Positions 54,637-63,929 of a DNA stretch of 64,000 nt are shown piece after piece. The DNA comes from Akkermansia muciniphila (lineage in GTDB: Bacteria; Verrucomicrobiota; Verrucomicrobiia; Limisphaerales; SIBE01). The notes under the pieces were generated by a model. The model was not told the origin of the DNA and searched no databases. It saw only the letters and a program-made list of their open reading frames with translations. Made by a program: the position numbers and the translations under genes. How positions within the stretch are numbered: position 1 is the first letter of the stretch; each line of letters opens with the position of its first letter. The stretch is from contig CAMAWP010000002.1 of NCBI GenBank assembly GCA_945861765.1, forward strand, positions 585-64,584, given 5' to 3'.

Positions 54637-57147
54637 TCACGGCTCCGTTTTCGGAGCCGCAGCATTCTTGGCTGACTTCGGCTTCGTTACCTTGGCGACA
54701 CGGGGAGCAAATTCAAAACCGACCTTGCCGCCCTCGTTGATCACCAGGTAAGCGGCAAACGGCCGACCTTTTTTCGAAATGAATTTTTGAAGCAAATCGG
54801 TCTTGCGCGTTTCCAGTAGCTTTGTCATCTGAGCGCGCTCGATGGGCCGTTGCAGAATAATCTTGCCGGAACGAAAATCGCAGACTCGGTTGGGGCCGGT
54901 CGATTTTTCGCAGACGTAGCTCATCCCATTTTCAAAGACTCGGACGCCGCACTTCGGGCATTTCCCGAGAGGCTCCTGTCCGGTGAAGTCCACTTCGGCC
55001 GCCGAGCCTTCACCGTTGGCACCATTCTGGCCGAAGTCAAACTCCGGCTTGTGTTCAGGCGTGAGCCTGATAAGCGCGGCAAACGGCTTACCCATTTTGC
55101 TTCGGAAACCTTGCAGCGGACCCAGCATTCGCTTCGTGATTAATTCTTCGACTTCGGGGATTTCAAACTGCCGGCCCGCCACGATCTTCCAAAGTGCAAA
55201 ATCACATTTTTGGCACTGGAACTTCTTGTAATTTTCTTTGATCTCGCCGCCGCACTTTGGGCAGGGAACGTTGAGTATCCCGAATTCTCCGGGAACCGTG
55301 TCGCTTTCATAGCGCTTGGTCTTATCGACGATCGTCCTCGTCATTTCCGCGATTTCCCGCATGAAATCGGACCGTTGCAATTCGCCGCGCTCCATTTGCT
55401 TGAGCTTGAATTCCCAGTCCCCCGTGAGTTCCGGCGAACAGAGCTCAGGAATGCCGAGCCCGCGTAGGAGAGTGATGAGAGAAATCCCCTTCGCGGTGGC
55501 CTGCAGTTCACGCCCGTTGCGTTGAACATATTTTTCGTAAATCAATCCTTCGATGATGGCCGCGCGCGTCGCCGGAGTGCCTAGGCCTTTTGCGCTCATG
55601 GCTTCGCGCAATTCTTCATCGTCGATCAACTTGCCCGCCCCTTCCATCGCTGAGAGGAGAGTGGCTTCTGTGAAGCGCGCCGGTGGTCTGGTTTGGCTGG
55701 CGACAACCTCGACTCGGGTGGTCTGAACGGTTTCGTTCTGTTTCACCGCCACGAGGCTTGGTGTATCGTCGGTCTGCGCTTCCCGGCCATAGACTGCCAG
55801 CCAGCCAGCGTTCACCATCACCTTACCTTCACTCTTGAATGGTTCTTCCGCGACCCGTGTGATGCGGGTGGTCACCAGGAATTCCGCCGCCGGATAAAAG
55901 ATGGCCAGAAAGCGTCGCGTCACCATGTCGTAAAGCTTGGCCTCTTCCTCATTGAGGTTTTTCGCAACGAGCGATGTGGGAATAATGGCAAAGTGATCCG
56001 AGACTTTCGCGTTATTAAAAATCCTTTTATTCGGACGAACCCAGTTCTGCTGCAAGATGTGACTCGCGAAGGGTCCATAGAGTGTTTCTCCCAGCGTTCT
56101 GAGGGTATCTTTGACGGTGGCCAGATAGTCTTCTGGCAGAGCGCGCGAATCGGTCCTCGGATAGGTCAAAACCTTGTGTCGTTCATAAAGCGCCTGGGCA
56201 ATTTGCAGGGTTCGCCTTGCCGAGAACCCGAACCGCCCATTGGCCTCCCGCTGCAAGCTCGTTAAGTCGTAAAGCGGTGGCGAAAGCTGGGTCGTCGGTT
56301 TGCTTTCTTCGGTGACGACACCCGGTTTGCCCAGGCATTTGCCACGAATCGCCTCCGCCCGACCCAGGTCCCAGAGTCGTTCCGACTTTAGCTCGCCTTC
56401 CGTATCCTTCTTGTCTTTGGAAAATTTTTCATCGAACCAACGGCCAGGATATTGCCCCGCCTCCGCATCAAAGGCCCCGTGAATTTCCCAGTAATCTTTC
56501 GCAACGAACTTCTTAATTTTCTCTTCGCGCTCCACCATAACAGCCAGTGTAGGCGTCTGGACGCGACCGACCGTCGTTAGCTGAAATCCGCCGGTTTTCG
56601 AATTGAACGCTGTCATGGCTCGCGTGCCATTGATGCCAACGAGCCAGTCCGACTCCGAACGGCAGATGGCCGCATCGGCGAGGGGGCGCATCGAAGCATC
56701 ATTGCGCAGCGAGGCAAAGCCTTCTCGGATAGCGCCGGGAGTCATCGATTGCAGCCAGAGCCGCTGGATCGGCTTGTCCGTTTGAACGTGCTGCACTATG
56801 TAGCGAAAAATCAGCTCCCCTTCGCGGCCGGCATCACATGCGTTAAGGAGCGAATCCACGTCCTTACGCTTGATCAGTTTGGTTAGCACCTTGAGTCGAG
56901 ATTCTGTTTTCTCGATCGGCTTAAGAGCGAAGTGAGGCGGAATGACGGGCAGTTGGGCAAAGCTCCACTTCCCCCGCTTCACCTCGAATTCCTCGGGTAT
57001 GCACAATTCAAGCAAATGGCCAACGGCCGATGAGAGAACGTAACGTTCGCTCTCATAATACTCGTCTTGCTTCGTGAAGCCGCCGAGCGCTTTCGCGATA
57101 TCGGTGGCGACCGAAGGCTTTTCGGCAATGATCAGTGCTTTTCCCAT
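54637..57147 (-). CDS. topB: DNA topoisomerase III (type IA) with C-terminal zinc ribbons
   Basis: 836-aa ORF. Toprim start LIIAEKPSVATDIAKAL. Catalytic-Tyr region LTYPRTDSRALPEDY. Cys4 ribbons CPKCGG...CQKCDFALWK and CPKCG...YVCE. Confidence 0.85.
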   Translation of the reverse strand: MGKALIIAEKPSVATDIAKALGGFTKQDEYYESERYVLSSAVGHLLELCIPEEFEVKRGKWSFAQLPVIPPHFALKPIEKTESRLKVLTKLIKRKDVDSLLNACDAGREGELIFRYIVQHVQTDKPIQRLWLQSMTPGAIREGFASLRNDASMRPLADAAICRSESDWLVGINGTRAMTAFNSKTGGFQLTTVGRVQTPTLAVMVEREEKIKKFVAKDYWEIHGAFDAEAGQYPGRWFDEKFSKDKKDTEGELKSERLWDLGRAEAIRGKCLGKPGVVTEESKPTTQLSPPLYDLTSLQREANGRFGFSARRTLQIAQALYERHKVLTYPRTDSRALPEDYLATVKDTLRTLGETLYGPFASHILQQNWVRPNKRIFNNAKVSDHFAIIPTSLVAKNLNEEEAKLYDMVTRRFLAIFYPAAEFLVTTRITRVAEEPFKSEGKVMVNAGWLAVYGREAQTDDTPSLVAVKQNETVQTTRVEVVASQTRPPARFTEATLLSAMEGAGKLIDDEELREAMSAKGLGTPATRAAIIEGLIYEKYVQRNGRELQATAKGISLITLLRGLGIPELCSPELTGDWEFKLKQMERGELQRSDFMREIAEMTRTIVDKTKRYESDTVPGEFGILNVPCPKCGGEIKENYKKFQCQKCDFALWKIVAGRQFEIPEVEELITKRMLGPLQGFRSKMGKPFAALIRLTPEHKPEFDFGQNGANGEGSAAEVDFTGQEPLGKCPKCGVRVFENGMSYVCEKSTGPNRVCDFRSGKIILQRPIERAQMTKLLETRKTDLLQKFISKKGRPFAAYLVINEGGKVGFEFAPRVAKVTKPKSAKNAAAPKTEP

Positions 57148-57443
57148 GATAAAAATCTTCGCAGTTGTAAACGTGTCCTCCGAGTGTTTGCAACACGTTT
57201 CTTTTTAGCGCCTCAAACTCGTCAAAAAAACTGCGGATGTCAAAATCGGATTTTCAGGCACTGGCAACTTGGACGCTGTAACGTCAGATCTGTTCAACGT
57301 TCAAAAGCGAAGAAGGACGTGCGGTTTCTGCAAGACTCGGTCACAAACGGGGCGTCGAGATCGGGCAACGACAAGAGTGTGGCCCCCGCGCGCTTGCACT
57401 TTGGTTGCGTTCTCACTGCGCGATCCTCATAGTGAACTTGCTC

Positions 57444-57860
57444 ATGACTTTAGGCCGAACAAAATTCGAAACCGAGTTGCAGGTGCGCCCCGACGATATC
57501 GACATGAACCAACATGTCCACGGAAGCCGATACTTTGATTACGTCCTCGCCGCGCGCTACGATCAGATGGAGCGATGCTATAAGATGTCGATGGAGGAAT
57601 TCATCAAAGCTGGCTTCGGGTGGTTTATTCGCACTGCTCATGTCGAATACAAACGGCCATTGCGCCTCGGAGATCGGATGACTATTCGGACTTGGGTAGA
57701 AGAAATCTTTAAGGATGGAGTGCGTGTCGATTACGAAATCATCAAAACGACTAACGGCAAACTGGCTTGCGATGGCTATTTTGATTACGCCATGGTCAGT
57801 CTCCAAACGGGCCGCGCTGAAATCATTCCCGATTGGATTCGAGAAAAATACGCTATCTGA
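57444..57860 (+). CDS. acyl-CoA thioesterase, 4HBT/hotdog fold
   Basis: The tracked ORF 57405..57860 was trimmed to ATG 57444. FETELQVRPDDIDMNQHVHGSRYFDYV is typical of YbgC/4HBT thioesterases. Confidence 0.75.
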   Translation: MTLGRTKFETELQVRPDDIDMNQHVHGSRYFDYVLAARYDQMERCYKMSMEEFIKAGFGWFIRTAHVEYKRPLRLGDRMTIRTWVEEIFKDGVRVDYEIIKTTNGKLACDGYFDYAMVSLQTGRAEIIPDWIREKYAI

Positions 57861-58079
57861 GCGTTGGCGCAGATTGGAACCGTCTGACGACCGTCTTGGC
57901 GATCCTGGCTGTGAACGAGTGTGGCCCCTTGCCGCCTGGAAGGATTCACTGACCATTTCCCGCGCGTTGGAGCACTTCGGCCCAGCAGGTTGTTCCGTGG
58001 TTTGATCCGCCGGGTTCGCCGCCCCGCTTCGCATCTTCAGACCTCGACTTCCAAAACGGGTCGTGGTAATTCCCTTCGC

Positions 58080-59369
58080 ATGAAATCCCGCCCCAATGTC
58101 CGCTGGTTCTGCCGTTCCACCGCTTTTGTTTTTCTCTTTTGCTTCCACGCGATATGGGCTGCCTGCGCCGCCGAATTTCGAGCCGGCATTGCCGTCCGTA
58201 TCGTGTCTCCTGAACCTTTGCTTCCAGTATCGGGTGGCGTCGGCCCATCTCACAAGGTGACGAAGAAGGAAGGAGAGTTGACGGTTCGCGCCTTGGTTTT
58301 CGAACACGGTTCGACGCGTGTGGCCATTGTAGCCGCCGACTTCCTCGGTTTTCCGTCGGCTCTCGGAAACCGGGTTCGAGCGCAAGTGCGAGGCATTCCA
58401 CCGGAGAATATTCTGATCGGTGCCACCCACACTCATAGCGCTCCGGACTGTTACGGGTTTCCCGATGGCAAAGGCGGGTTTGCCGCCGACTTGAAGTATT
58501 TGGACATCGTTTGCGCAAAGATGGCCGATGCGATCAATGAAGCGATCAACAATCTTCAGACCGCCACTGTCAAAATTGCCACAGGCGAAGCCAAAGGGAA
58601 AATCGCCTACAATTATTACGCGCCGCAATTGTATGACCCTCGGTGCCACATCATCCAAGCGATTGGAACCGATGGAAAACCTTTCGCCACGTTGGTCAAT
58701 TACGCAATTCATCCCGAGGTGCTCGGATCCGATCAAGGCATTCTCAGTCCCGACCTGATTGGCCCGCTTTGCGATCGAATTCAGGAAAAAGGTGGAGGAA
58801 CAGCGATCTTCATGAACGGCGCGCAAGGTGGAATGATCACGGCGGATTGTCGCGGTCCCGACGGCAAAGATATTCGGACCTGGCCGGAATGTGTTCGCAT
58901 CGGGCAACTGCTGGCCGATGAAGCGCTAAGGATCGTTCAACCCGCATCCGTCCAGCGTGAGCCCAAGCTATTTTGTGTGGCAAGGACCATTACGTTTCCA
59001 GTGGAATCACCGCTTTTGCTGGCAATCATGAAGGCGTCACCCTTGGGACATTCGCCCAATCAGGCTGGTCGAGTCTCGACTCAATTGAACGTGGTGAATC
59101 TGGGCAATGCTCAGATCGTAACGATTCCCGGCGAAGCGCTCGCGAACATTGGTTATTACTTGAAGCGCAAGATGCATGGCCAGCACAATTTTCTCTTCGG
59201 CCTGACGAATGATGCCTTCGGTTATATTCTCACTAAAGAAGATTGGGGCAGCTTCAAGCGTTATGATTACGTCTCTCGAACTGGGCTTGGTGAACTGACG
59301 GGTCAACTCTACATCGAAGAAGCCCTCAGGCTTGTGGATCAGTCTCCTCGGCCTGAAAAGCTTGAATGA
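58080..59369 (+). CDS. neutral/alkaline ceramidase-like hydrolase (secreted)
   Basis: The tracked ORF 57921..59369 was trimmed to ATG 58080 (MKSRPNVRWFCRSTAFVFLFCFHAIWAACAAE, signal-like). LIGATHTHSAPD and the surrounding pattern resemble the ceramidase N-terminal domain. Confidence 0.55.
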   Translation: MKSRPNVRWFCRSTAFVFLFCFHAIWAACAAEFRAGIAVRIVSPEPLLPVSGGVGPSHKVTKKEGELTVRALVFEHGSTRVAIVAADFLGFPSALGNRVRAQVRGIPPENILIGATHTHSAPDCYGFPDGKGGFAADLKYLDIVCAKMADAINEAINNLQTATVKIATGEAKGKIAYNYYAPQLYDPRCHIIQAIGTDGKPFATLVNYAIHPEVLGSDQGILSPDLIGPLCDRIQEKGGGTAIFMNGAQGGMITADCRGPDGKDIRTWPECVRIGQLLADEALRIVQPASVQREPKLFCVARTITFPVESPLLLAIMKASPLGHSPNQAGRVSTQLNVVNLGNAQIVTIPGEALANIGYYLKRKMHGQHNFLFGLTNDAFGYILTKEDWGSFKRYDYVSRTGLGELTGQLYIEEALRLVDQSPRPEKLE

Positions 59370-59561
59370 ACAGTTGGACTTTCGCAACGCGGCACTGCGG
59401 GAGGCCAGGCGCTTCCAACCCGCGCGCTCCGGTTAATGGCAACCTGCCGAGCGGAACAGCGCGCCATGATTCACTTTTTTCAAGAAATCAAAATGGCAGA
59501 CGACGAATAGGGAAATTCACCGACGCTTGACGCCTCGAATGGTTTCTCGGAGACTTTGTTC

Positions 59562-60065
59562 ATGTATAAAATCGTAGGGGCTGACCAGAAAGAGTACGGT
59601 CCAGACTCTGCTGACCAAGTTCGCGAATGGATCGCTGAGGGCAGAGCCAATGGGCAAACGCTCGCACGATTTGAAGAAGGACCTTGGAAGCCACTTTCCA
59701 CTTTTCCAGAGTTCGCCTCATTGGTCGGCTCTTCTGCGCCGCCCCGTTTAGGAACCGCACCACCGGCCTATGGAACGGTGCCCGTGGGGGTTCCTCGCAA
59801 GAATAATAGGTTAGCGCTGGCGGGGTTCGTCCTGAGTATTTTTGGGTTGCTCCAATGTTGCACGCCGTTGTTCGCGATCCTTGGGTTGATCTTCTCCTGC
59901 ATTGGCTTTTATCAAGTGAAGCAAGCGCCTGACCGTTTCACTGGCACGGGATTAGCGATGGCTGGAATTATAACGTCGGTTGTTGGCCTGCTGATTTTCT
60001 GCTTCTTGCTCGCTTCGGGAATTCTGTCTGAATTGATGAAGAGCTTCCCTCATCTCAGTAGATAA
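59562..60065 (+). CDS. GYF_2 (DUF4339) domain protein with DUF4190-like membrane C-terminus
   Basis: ATG 59562 is preferred over TTG 59556. MYKIVGADQKEYGPDSADQVREWIAEGRANGQTLARFEEGPWKPLSTFPEF is followed by two hydrophobic helices. Confidence 0.75.
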   Translation: MYKIVGADQKEYGPDSADQVREWIAEGRANGQTLARFEEGPWKPLSTFPEFASLVGSSAPPRLGTAPPAYGTVPVGVPRKNNRLALAGFVLSIFGLLQCCTPLFAILGLIFSCIGFYQVKQAPDRFTGTGLAMAGIITSVVGLLIFCFLLASGILSELMKSFPHLSR

Positions 60066-60101
60066 TGACTTGGCCAACCCCAGTCTCAATGCGGTGCTGC
60101 T

Positions 60102-60959
60102 ATGTATAAAATCATCGGTGGTGATCAGCGAGAATATGGTCCCGTGACCGCGGATGAGATTCGCCAATGGATTGCCGAGGGCCGAGCCAACGGCGCCACG
60201 CAGGCGCAACCGGAAGAGGGTGGTGATTGGAAAGCTTTGGATAGCTTTCCGGAATTCATCGAGGCTCTGGCAGCGCAGACTCCGCCCTTGGTAACTTTAC
60301 CTCCCCAAACAAATGAAGAGTCCTCGGAGGCATCACTCGACAATTACATCGCCAGGAGTCGAACGCTCGATATTGGCAGTTGCGTTGCTCGGAGTTGGGA
60401 ACTTCTGAAAGAGCATTTCTGGTTGTTGGTCGGCGCGTCGGCTTTGGTGTTCGCCATCAGCCTTGCCATAGGTTTTATTCCTTTTGTGGGGCAGGTCTCG
60501 AGCAGGATCCTCAGCCTCGCTCTTTGGGGCGGATTGGATTGGTTGTTTCTTAAGTTAATCCGTGGCGAGCCTGCGGACATCTCTGATATCTTCGCCGGAT
60601 TTCAAGTCAACTTTTTGCAACTGGTGCTGGGCGGGATTGTAACCAGCACCTTGATTTTGCTCGGCTTGCTATGTTTTATTCTTCCCGGAATTTATCTCAC
60701 CGTGGCTTGGCTCGGTTTCAGTCCGTTATTGATTATGGACAAGCGATTGGATTTTTGGCCGGCGCTGGAGCTCAGCCGAAAGGTGGTCACGAAAAACTGG
60801 TGGACGATTTTTGGGCTATTTCTGCTGACCCTTCTCATCGTTATCGCGGGAGTGTTGGCGTTGGGAGTAGGGCTCTTCGTTGCCCTGCCTCTTGCGACAG
60901 GAGCCATGGTTTATGCTTACGAAGACATTTTCAACCCTCGATCAGCACGGGTCTCTTGA
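60102..60959 (+). CDS. GYF_2 (DUF4339) domain protein with polytopic membrane C-terminus
   Basis: 285-aa ORF. MYKIIGGDQREYGPVTADEIRQWIAEGRANG...DWKALDSFPEF is paralogous to the previous N-terminus. Several hydrophobic helices follow. Confidence 0.75.
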   Translation: MYKIIGGDQREYGPVTADEIRQWIAEGRANGATQAQPEEGGDWKALDSFPEFIEALAAQTPPLVTLPPQTNEESSEASLDNYIARSRTLDIGSCVARSWELLKEHFWLLVGASALVFAISLAIGFIPFVGQVSSRILSLALWGGLDWLFLKLIRGEPADISDIFAGFQVNFLQLVLGGIVTSTLILLGLLCFILPGIYLTVAWLGFSPLLIMDKRLDFWPALELSRKVVTKNWWTIFGLFLLTLLIVIAGVLALGVGLFVALPLATGAMVYAYEDIFNPRSARVS

Positions 60960-61100
60960 CCGACCGATCGCGTGGGCGGGCCTGATGGAGTTGCGTGGAT
61001 TGGATTCTTGGCGTTCAGGGCGGAGCGACGGCTTAATCCAGGTGGGTCCGGCGCTGCTCGGCTTTGCCACTCTCCGCCTCGCGGCTTGGCCGCCCTCGCT

Positions 61101-61520
61101 ATGAAGAGAGTGCCGCCACGCTATGTCGATGAACGTCCTTGGCCTTGGCCGCCTTTGCTCCTGGCTGGGTTAATCGCGCTGGTTTGGGCCGCATCACTCA
61201 TCGTGAAATGGCAACTGCCTCTCCCTGGATGCGGGATGAGAAAAGTCACGGGCCTTCCTTGCCCTTTGTGTGGGACCACTCGCGCTTTCCTCGCTTGGTC
61301 TCACTTCGATATCGTCGGTGCCTTTCAATTCAATCCGATGGTTTTCCTCGGGTGCCTCGGAATCTACGCGTGGTTTACTCTTTGGTTGATCGATCAGTTT
61401 TTTGACAAGGAGCTTATCAGCCGCTTCCGGCTCTCGACGGAAACCGTTCCTCTGATTGCCTGCCTGTTCCTGACGACGTTCCTCAACTGGATTTACCTTT
61501 GTTTCACTCTGCCTGATTAA
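61101..61520 (+). CDS. DUF2752-family membrane protein
   Basis: The tracked ORF 60972..61520 was trimmed to ATG 61101. It has the GLPCPLCGTTRAF motif and hydrophobic segments. Confidence 0.7.
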   Translation: MKRVPPRYVDERPWPWPPLLLAGLIALVWAASLIVKWQLPLPGCGMRKVTGLPCPLCGTTRAFLAWSHFDIVGAFQFNPMVFLGCLGIYAWFTLWLIDQFFDKELISRFRLSTETVPLIACLFLTTFLNWIYLCFTLPD

Positions 61521-61641
61521 TCGACCGCCGTCCGCGCCAAACCAGATTCGCTGAGTTTCCAGGGGCCAGCAGGAGCCTCCGAGTTTTCACTTTTATTTCA
61601 TGACGACACCGATAGGCTACTGCGTCTTAATCGACAGCAAC

Positions 61642-63069
61642 ATGGGTCTAAAACTATTTAATACGTTGACGCGCTCAGTGGAGGAGTTTGTGCCTCGCGA
61701 CCCCGAGGGGAAGAGCGTGGGCATGTATTGCTGTGGCCCGACTGTCCACAACTTCGCTCACATCGGCAACTTTCGGACCTTTGTTTTCGCGGATCTCTTA
61801 AGGCGCTACCTGGAGTTTAAGGGCTATCAGGTCAACCATGTCATGAACATCACTGATGTGGAGGACAAGATCATCGCTGGAGCGCGCGCTTCTGGCCTGA
61901 GTTTGCCTGAATATATTCGTCAGTACGAAGACGCTTTCTGGGAAGATTCCCGGACGCTCGGCTGTCTCGCGCCACATCAGGCGCCGCACGCGACCGAACA
62001 CATTCCTCAGATCATTAGTCTGATCGAGAAACTGCTCGCCTGCGGCCTCGCTTACCAGGCTTCGGATGGTTCGGTCTATTTCAGCATCGACAAATATAGG
62101 GCTCGTGGAAGCTGCTATGGCCAACTGGTCAACTTAAACTTCGACGAGATGCGGGTGGGAGAGCGGGTGAGCGCCGATGAATACGATAAAGAATCGCTGG
62201 CTGATTTTGCGCTTTGGAAAGCCAGAGTGCCCGAGGACGCAGCGATCTATTGGTCGAGTCCTTGGGGAGAGGGACGGCCTGGGTGGCATATCGAGTGCAG
62301 CGCGATGAGCATGCAATTGCTCGGGCCAAGCTTCGATCTTCACCTGGGCGGGGAGGATTTGATTTTTCCGCACCACGAGGATGAGATTGCCCAGAGCGAA
62401 GGCGCGGGCCTCCAAATTCCAGGGGAGCGCTTTGTGAAGTATTGGTTGCATGCCGCGCACCTTCTCGTCGAAGGCAACAAAATGAGCAAATCGCTTGGCA
62501 ACTTTTTTACGTTGCGCGATCTCTTGGCCAAAGGTTTTTCCGGCCGGGAGATCCGTTACGTTTTGCTCACTGCCCACTATCGATCTTCCTTCAACTTTAC
62601 CTTCGACAATCTGGCTGGGGCACGAACGGCTTTGGGACGGCTTGATGAATGTTTGTCGAAGTTGCACGACATCGCTGGGAACAAAAGTGCCGCGTCCGAC
62701 GCAGTCCTCCTCGCTGAGTTTAGCGCGGCGATGGACGAGGATTTGAACATCTCAGCCGCGTGGGGAAGCATTTTCAACTGGGTTCGCGATACCAATCGAC
62801 TGCTGGCGAGGAACCAAGTTTCACCATCTCTAGCCGCTGCCGCATTGTCGGCGTGGCAGAGCATCGAAAAGGTTTTGGGGATCGGTGAAAAGCCGCCGAC
62901 GGAAGCTCCGCCGGAAATCGTGGCCTTGCTCGAACAACGTCAGTTCGCCCGCAAAGCCAAAGACTTTAAACGCGCTGACGCTATCCGGGAGGAGTTAAAA
63001 GCAACGGGTTGGGTAATCGAAGATACGCCTCAAGGGCCGCGGTTGAAACGAGGCGGAAATGCCGCTTGA
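61642..63069 (+). CDS. cysS: cysteine--tRNA ligase
   Basis: The tracked ORF 61600..63069 has an in-frame ATG at 61642 (MGLKLFNTLTR), which matches the usual CysRS N-terminus. HIGH-type motif HNFAHIGNFRT. KMSKS motif NKMSKSLGNF. Confidence 0.92.
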   Translation: MGLKLFNTLTRSVEEFVPRDPEGKSVGMYCCGPTVHNFAHIGNFRTFVFADLLRRYLEFKGYQVNHVMNITDVEDKIIAGARASGLSLPEYIRQYEDAFWEDSRTLGCLAPHQAPHATEHIPQIISLIEKLLACGLAYQASDGSVYFSIDKYRARGSCYGQLVNLNFDEMRVGERVSADEYDKESLADFALWKARVPEDAAIYWSSPWGEGRPGWHIECSAMSMQLLGPSFDLHLGGEDLIFPHHEDEIAQSEGAGLQIPGERFVKYWLHAAHLLVEGNKMSKSLGNFFTLRDLLAKGFSGREIRYVLLTAHYRSSFNFTFDNLAGARTALGRLDECLSKLHDIAGNKSAASDAVLLAEFSAAMDEDLNISAAWGSIFNWVRDTNRLLARNQVSPSLAAAALSAWQSIEKVLGIGEKPPTEAPPEIVALLEQRQFARKAKDFKRADAIREELKATGWVIEDTPQGPRLKRGGNAA

Positions 63070-63160
63070 GCCTACAGCAGTGAGATGCTACGTTGCTCGT
63101 CATGCGTTTTGTCGTTGGTCATCTTGCTGAAGTGTTATGATTGTTCTCGACCGTTTACAG

Positions 63161-63895
63161 ATGAGATGGACGATAGTGTTTGCCGCATTGTTTTGTCTTC
63201 AGACAGCCAGAATGGAAGCTCAACCGTTGGTTTGGGACGCCGTTTCCAGGGATTACACCGCAAAGTCGGGCGAGACCCTTATCAATTTTAGCTTTGCTGC
63301 CACCAATGTATCCCCGGCCGATATTTTGATCCGAGGAGTGCGTACCTCATGCGGTTGCACCGTGGCAAAGCTGCCACCTCTCCCGTGGCGAATTGGTCCG
63401 GGCACCAATGACCATCTGGAAGTGACTGTCGATATCCGTGGCAAGCGAGGAACGTTGAGCAAAGTCATTTCGGTGGAAACATCGAGCGGCTTGAGTCTGT
63501 TGACGGTGAACGTTAAAATCCCCGAGGATCGGGGCATGAATATGGAGTTGGCCAAGGCGGATCGGCAAGCCGTCTTCAAAAACGACTGTGCCAGTTGCCA
63601 TCTTTATCCGACCATCGGTAAAACCGGGGAGGGGTTGTATCTAGCGGCCTGCGGGATTTGTCATGAGTCAGATCATCGCGCAACGATGGTTCCGGACTTG
63701 AAAGCCCTCGCCAAATCAACGAATCATGACTACTGGGATACGTGGGTGAGGAAAGGCAAAGAAGGTTCGCTGATGCCCGCATTTTCGAAGGAGCATGGCG
63801 GTCCGCTCAGCGATGAGCAGATCCATTCGCTAGTGAGCTACCTGACTAAAACTTCCGCTTCGCTCGATTTGGGCAACCCCTTTCAAACGCAATAG
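63161..63895 (+). CDS. DUF1573 domain fused to a c-type cytochrome domain
   Basis: The tracked ORF 63137..63895 was trimmed to ATG 63161 (MRWTIVFAALFCLQTARMEA, signal-like). DUF1573-type IRGVRTSCGCTVAKL. Two CxxCH motifs (CASCH, CGICH). A candidate Met ligand lies in GSLMPAF. Confidence 0.75.
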   Translation: MRWTIVFAALFCLQTARMEAQPLVWDAVSRDYTAKSGETLINFSFAATNVSPADILIRGVRTSCGCTVAKLPPLPWRIGPGTNDHLEVTVDIRGKRGTLSKVISVETSSGLSLLTVNVKIPEDRGMNMELAKADRQAVFKNDCASCHLYPTIGKTGEGLYLAACGICHESDHRATMVPDLKALAKSTNHDYWDTWVRKGKEGSLMPAFSKEHGGPLSDEQIHSLVSYLTKTSASLDLGNPFQTQ

Positions 63896-63929
63896 GAGAA
63901 CGGCTCCCAGGATAGTTTGCTTTTCAAAA

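Noticed and set aside
52127-57147. TTL-like gene + tyrosine recombinase + topoisomerase III as an integrated mobile element
   Set aside because: There are no flanking direct repeats, tRNA target, relaxase, conjugation or phage genes. The recombinase has full XerC/D-type features, and the neighbours on both sides are aminoacyl-tRNA synthetase or metabolic genes.
57450-58907. 485-aa ORF on the minus strand, plus similar long antisense ORFs at 42114..43331, 29071..30531, 25576..26448, 14052..14999 and 1934..2569
   Set aside because: Each lies entirely antisense to a CDS with strong family motifs (ceramidase-like, FtsH, the giant ORF, DUF1501). Their translations are Arg/Ser/Gly-rich with no recognisable motifs. 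They are typical shadow ORFs of moderately GC-rich coding DNA.
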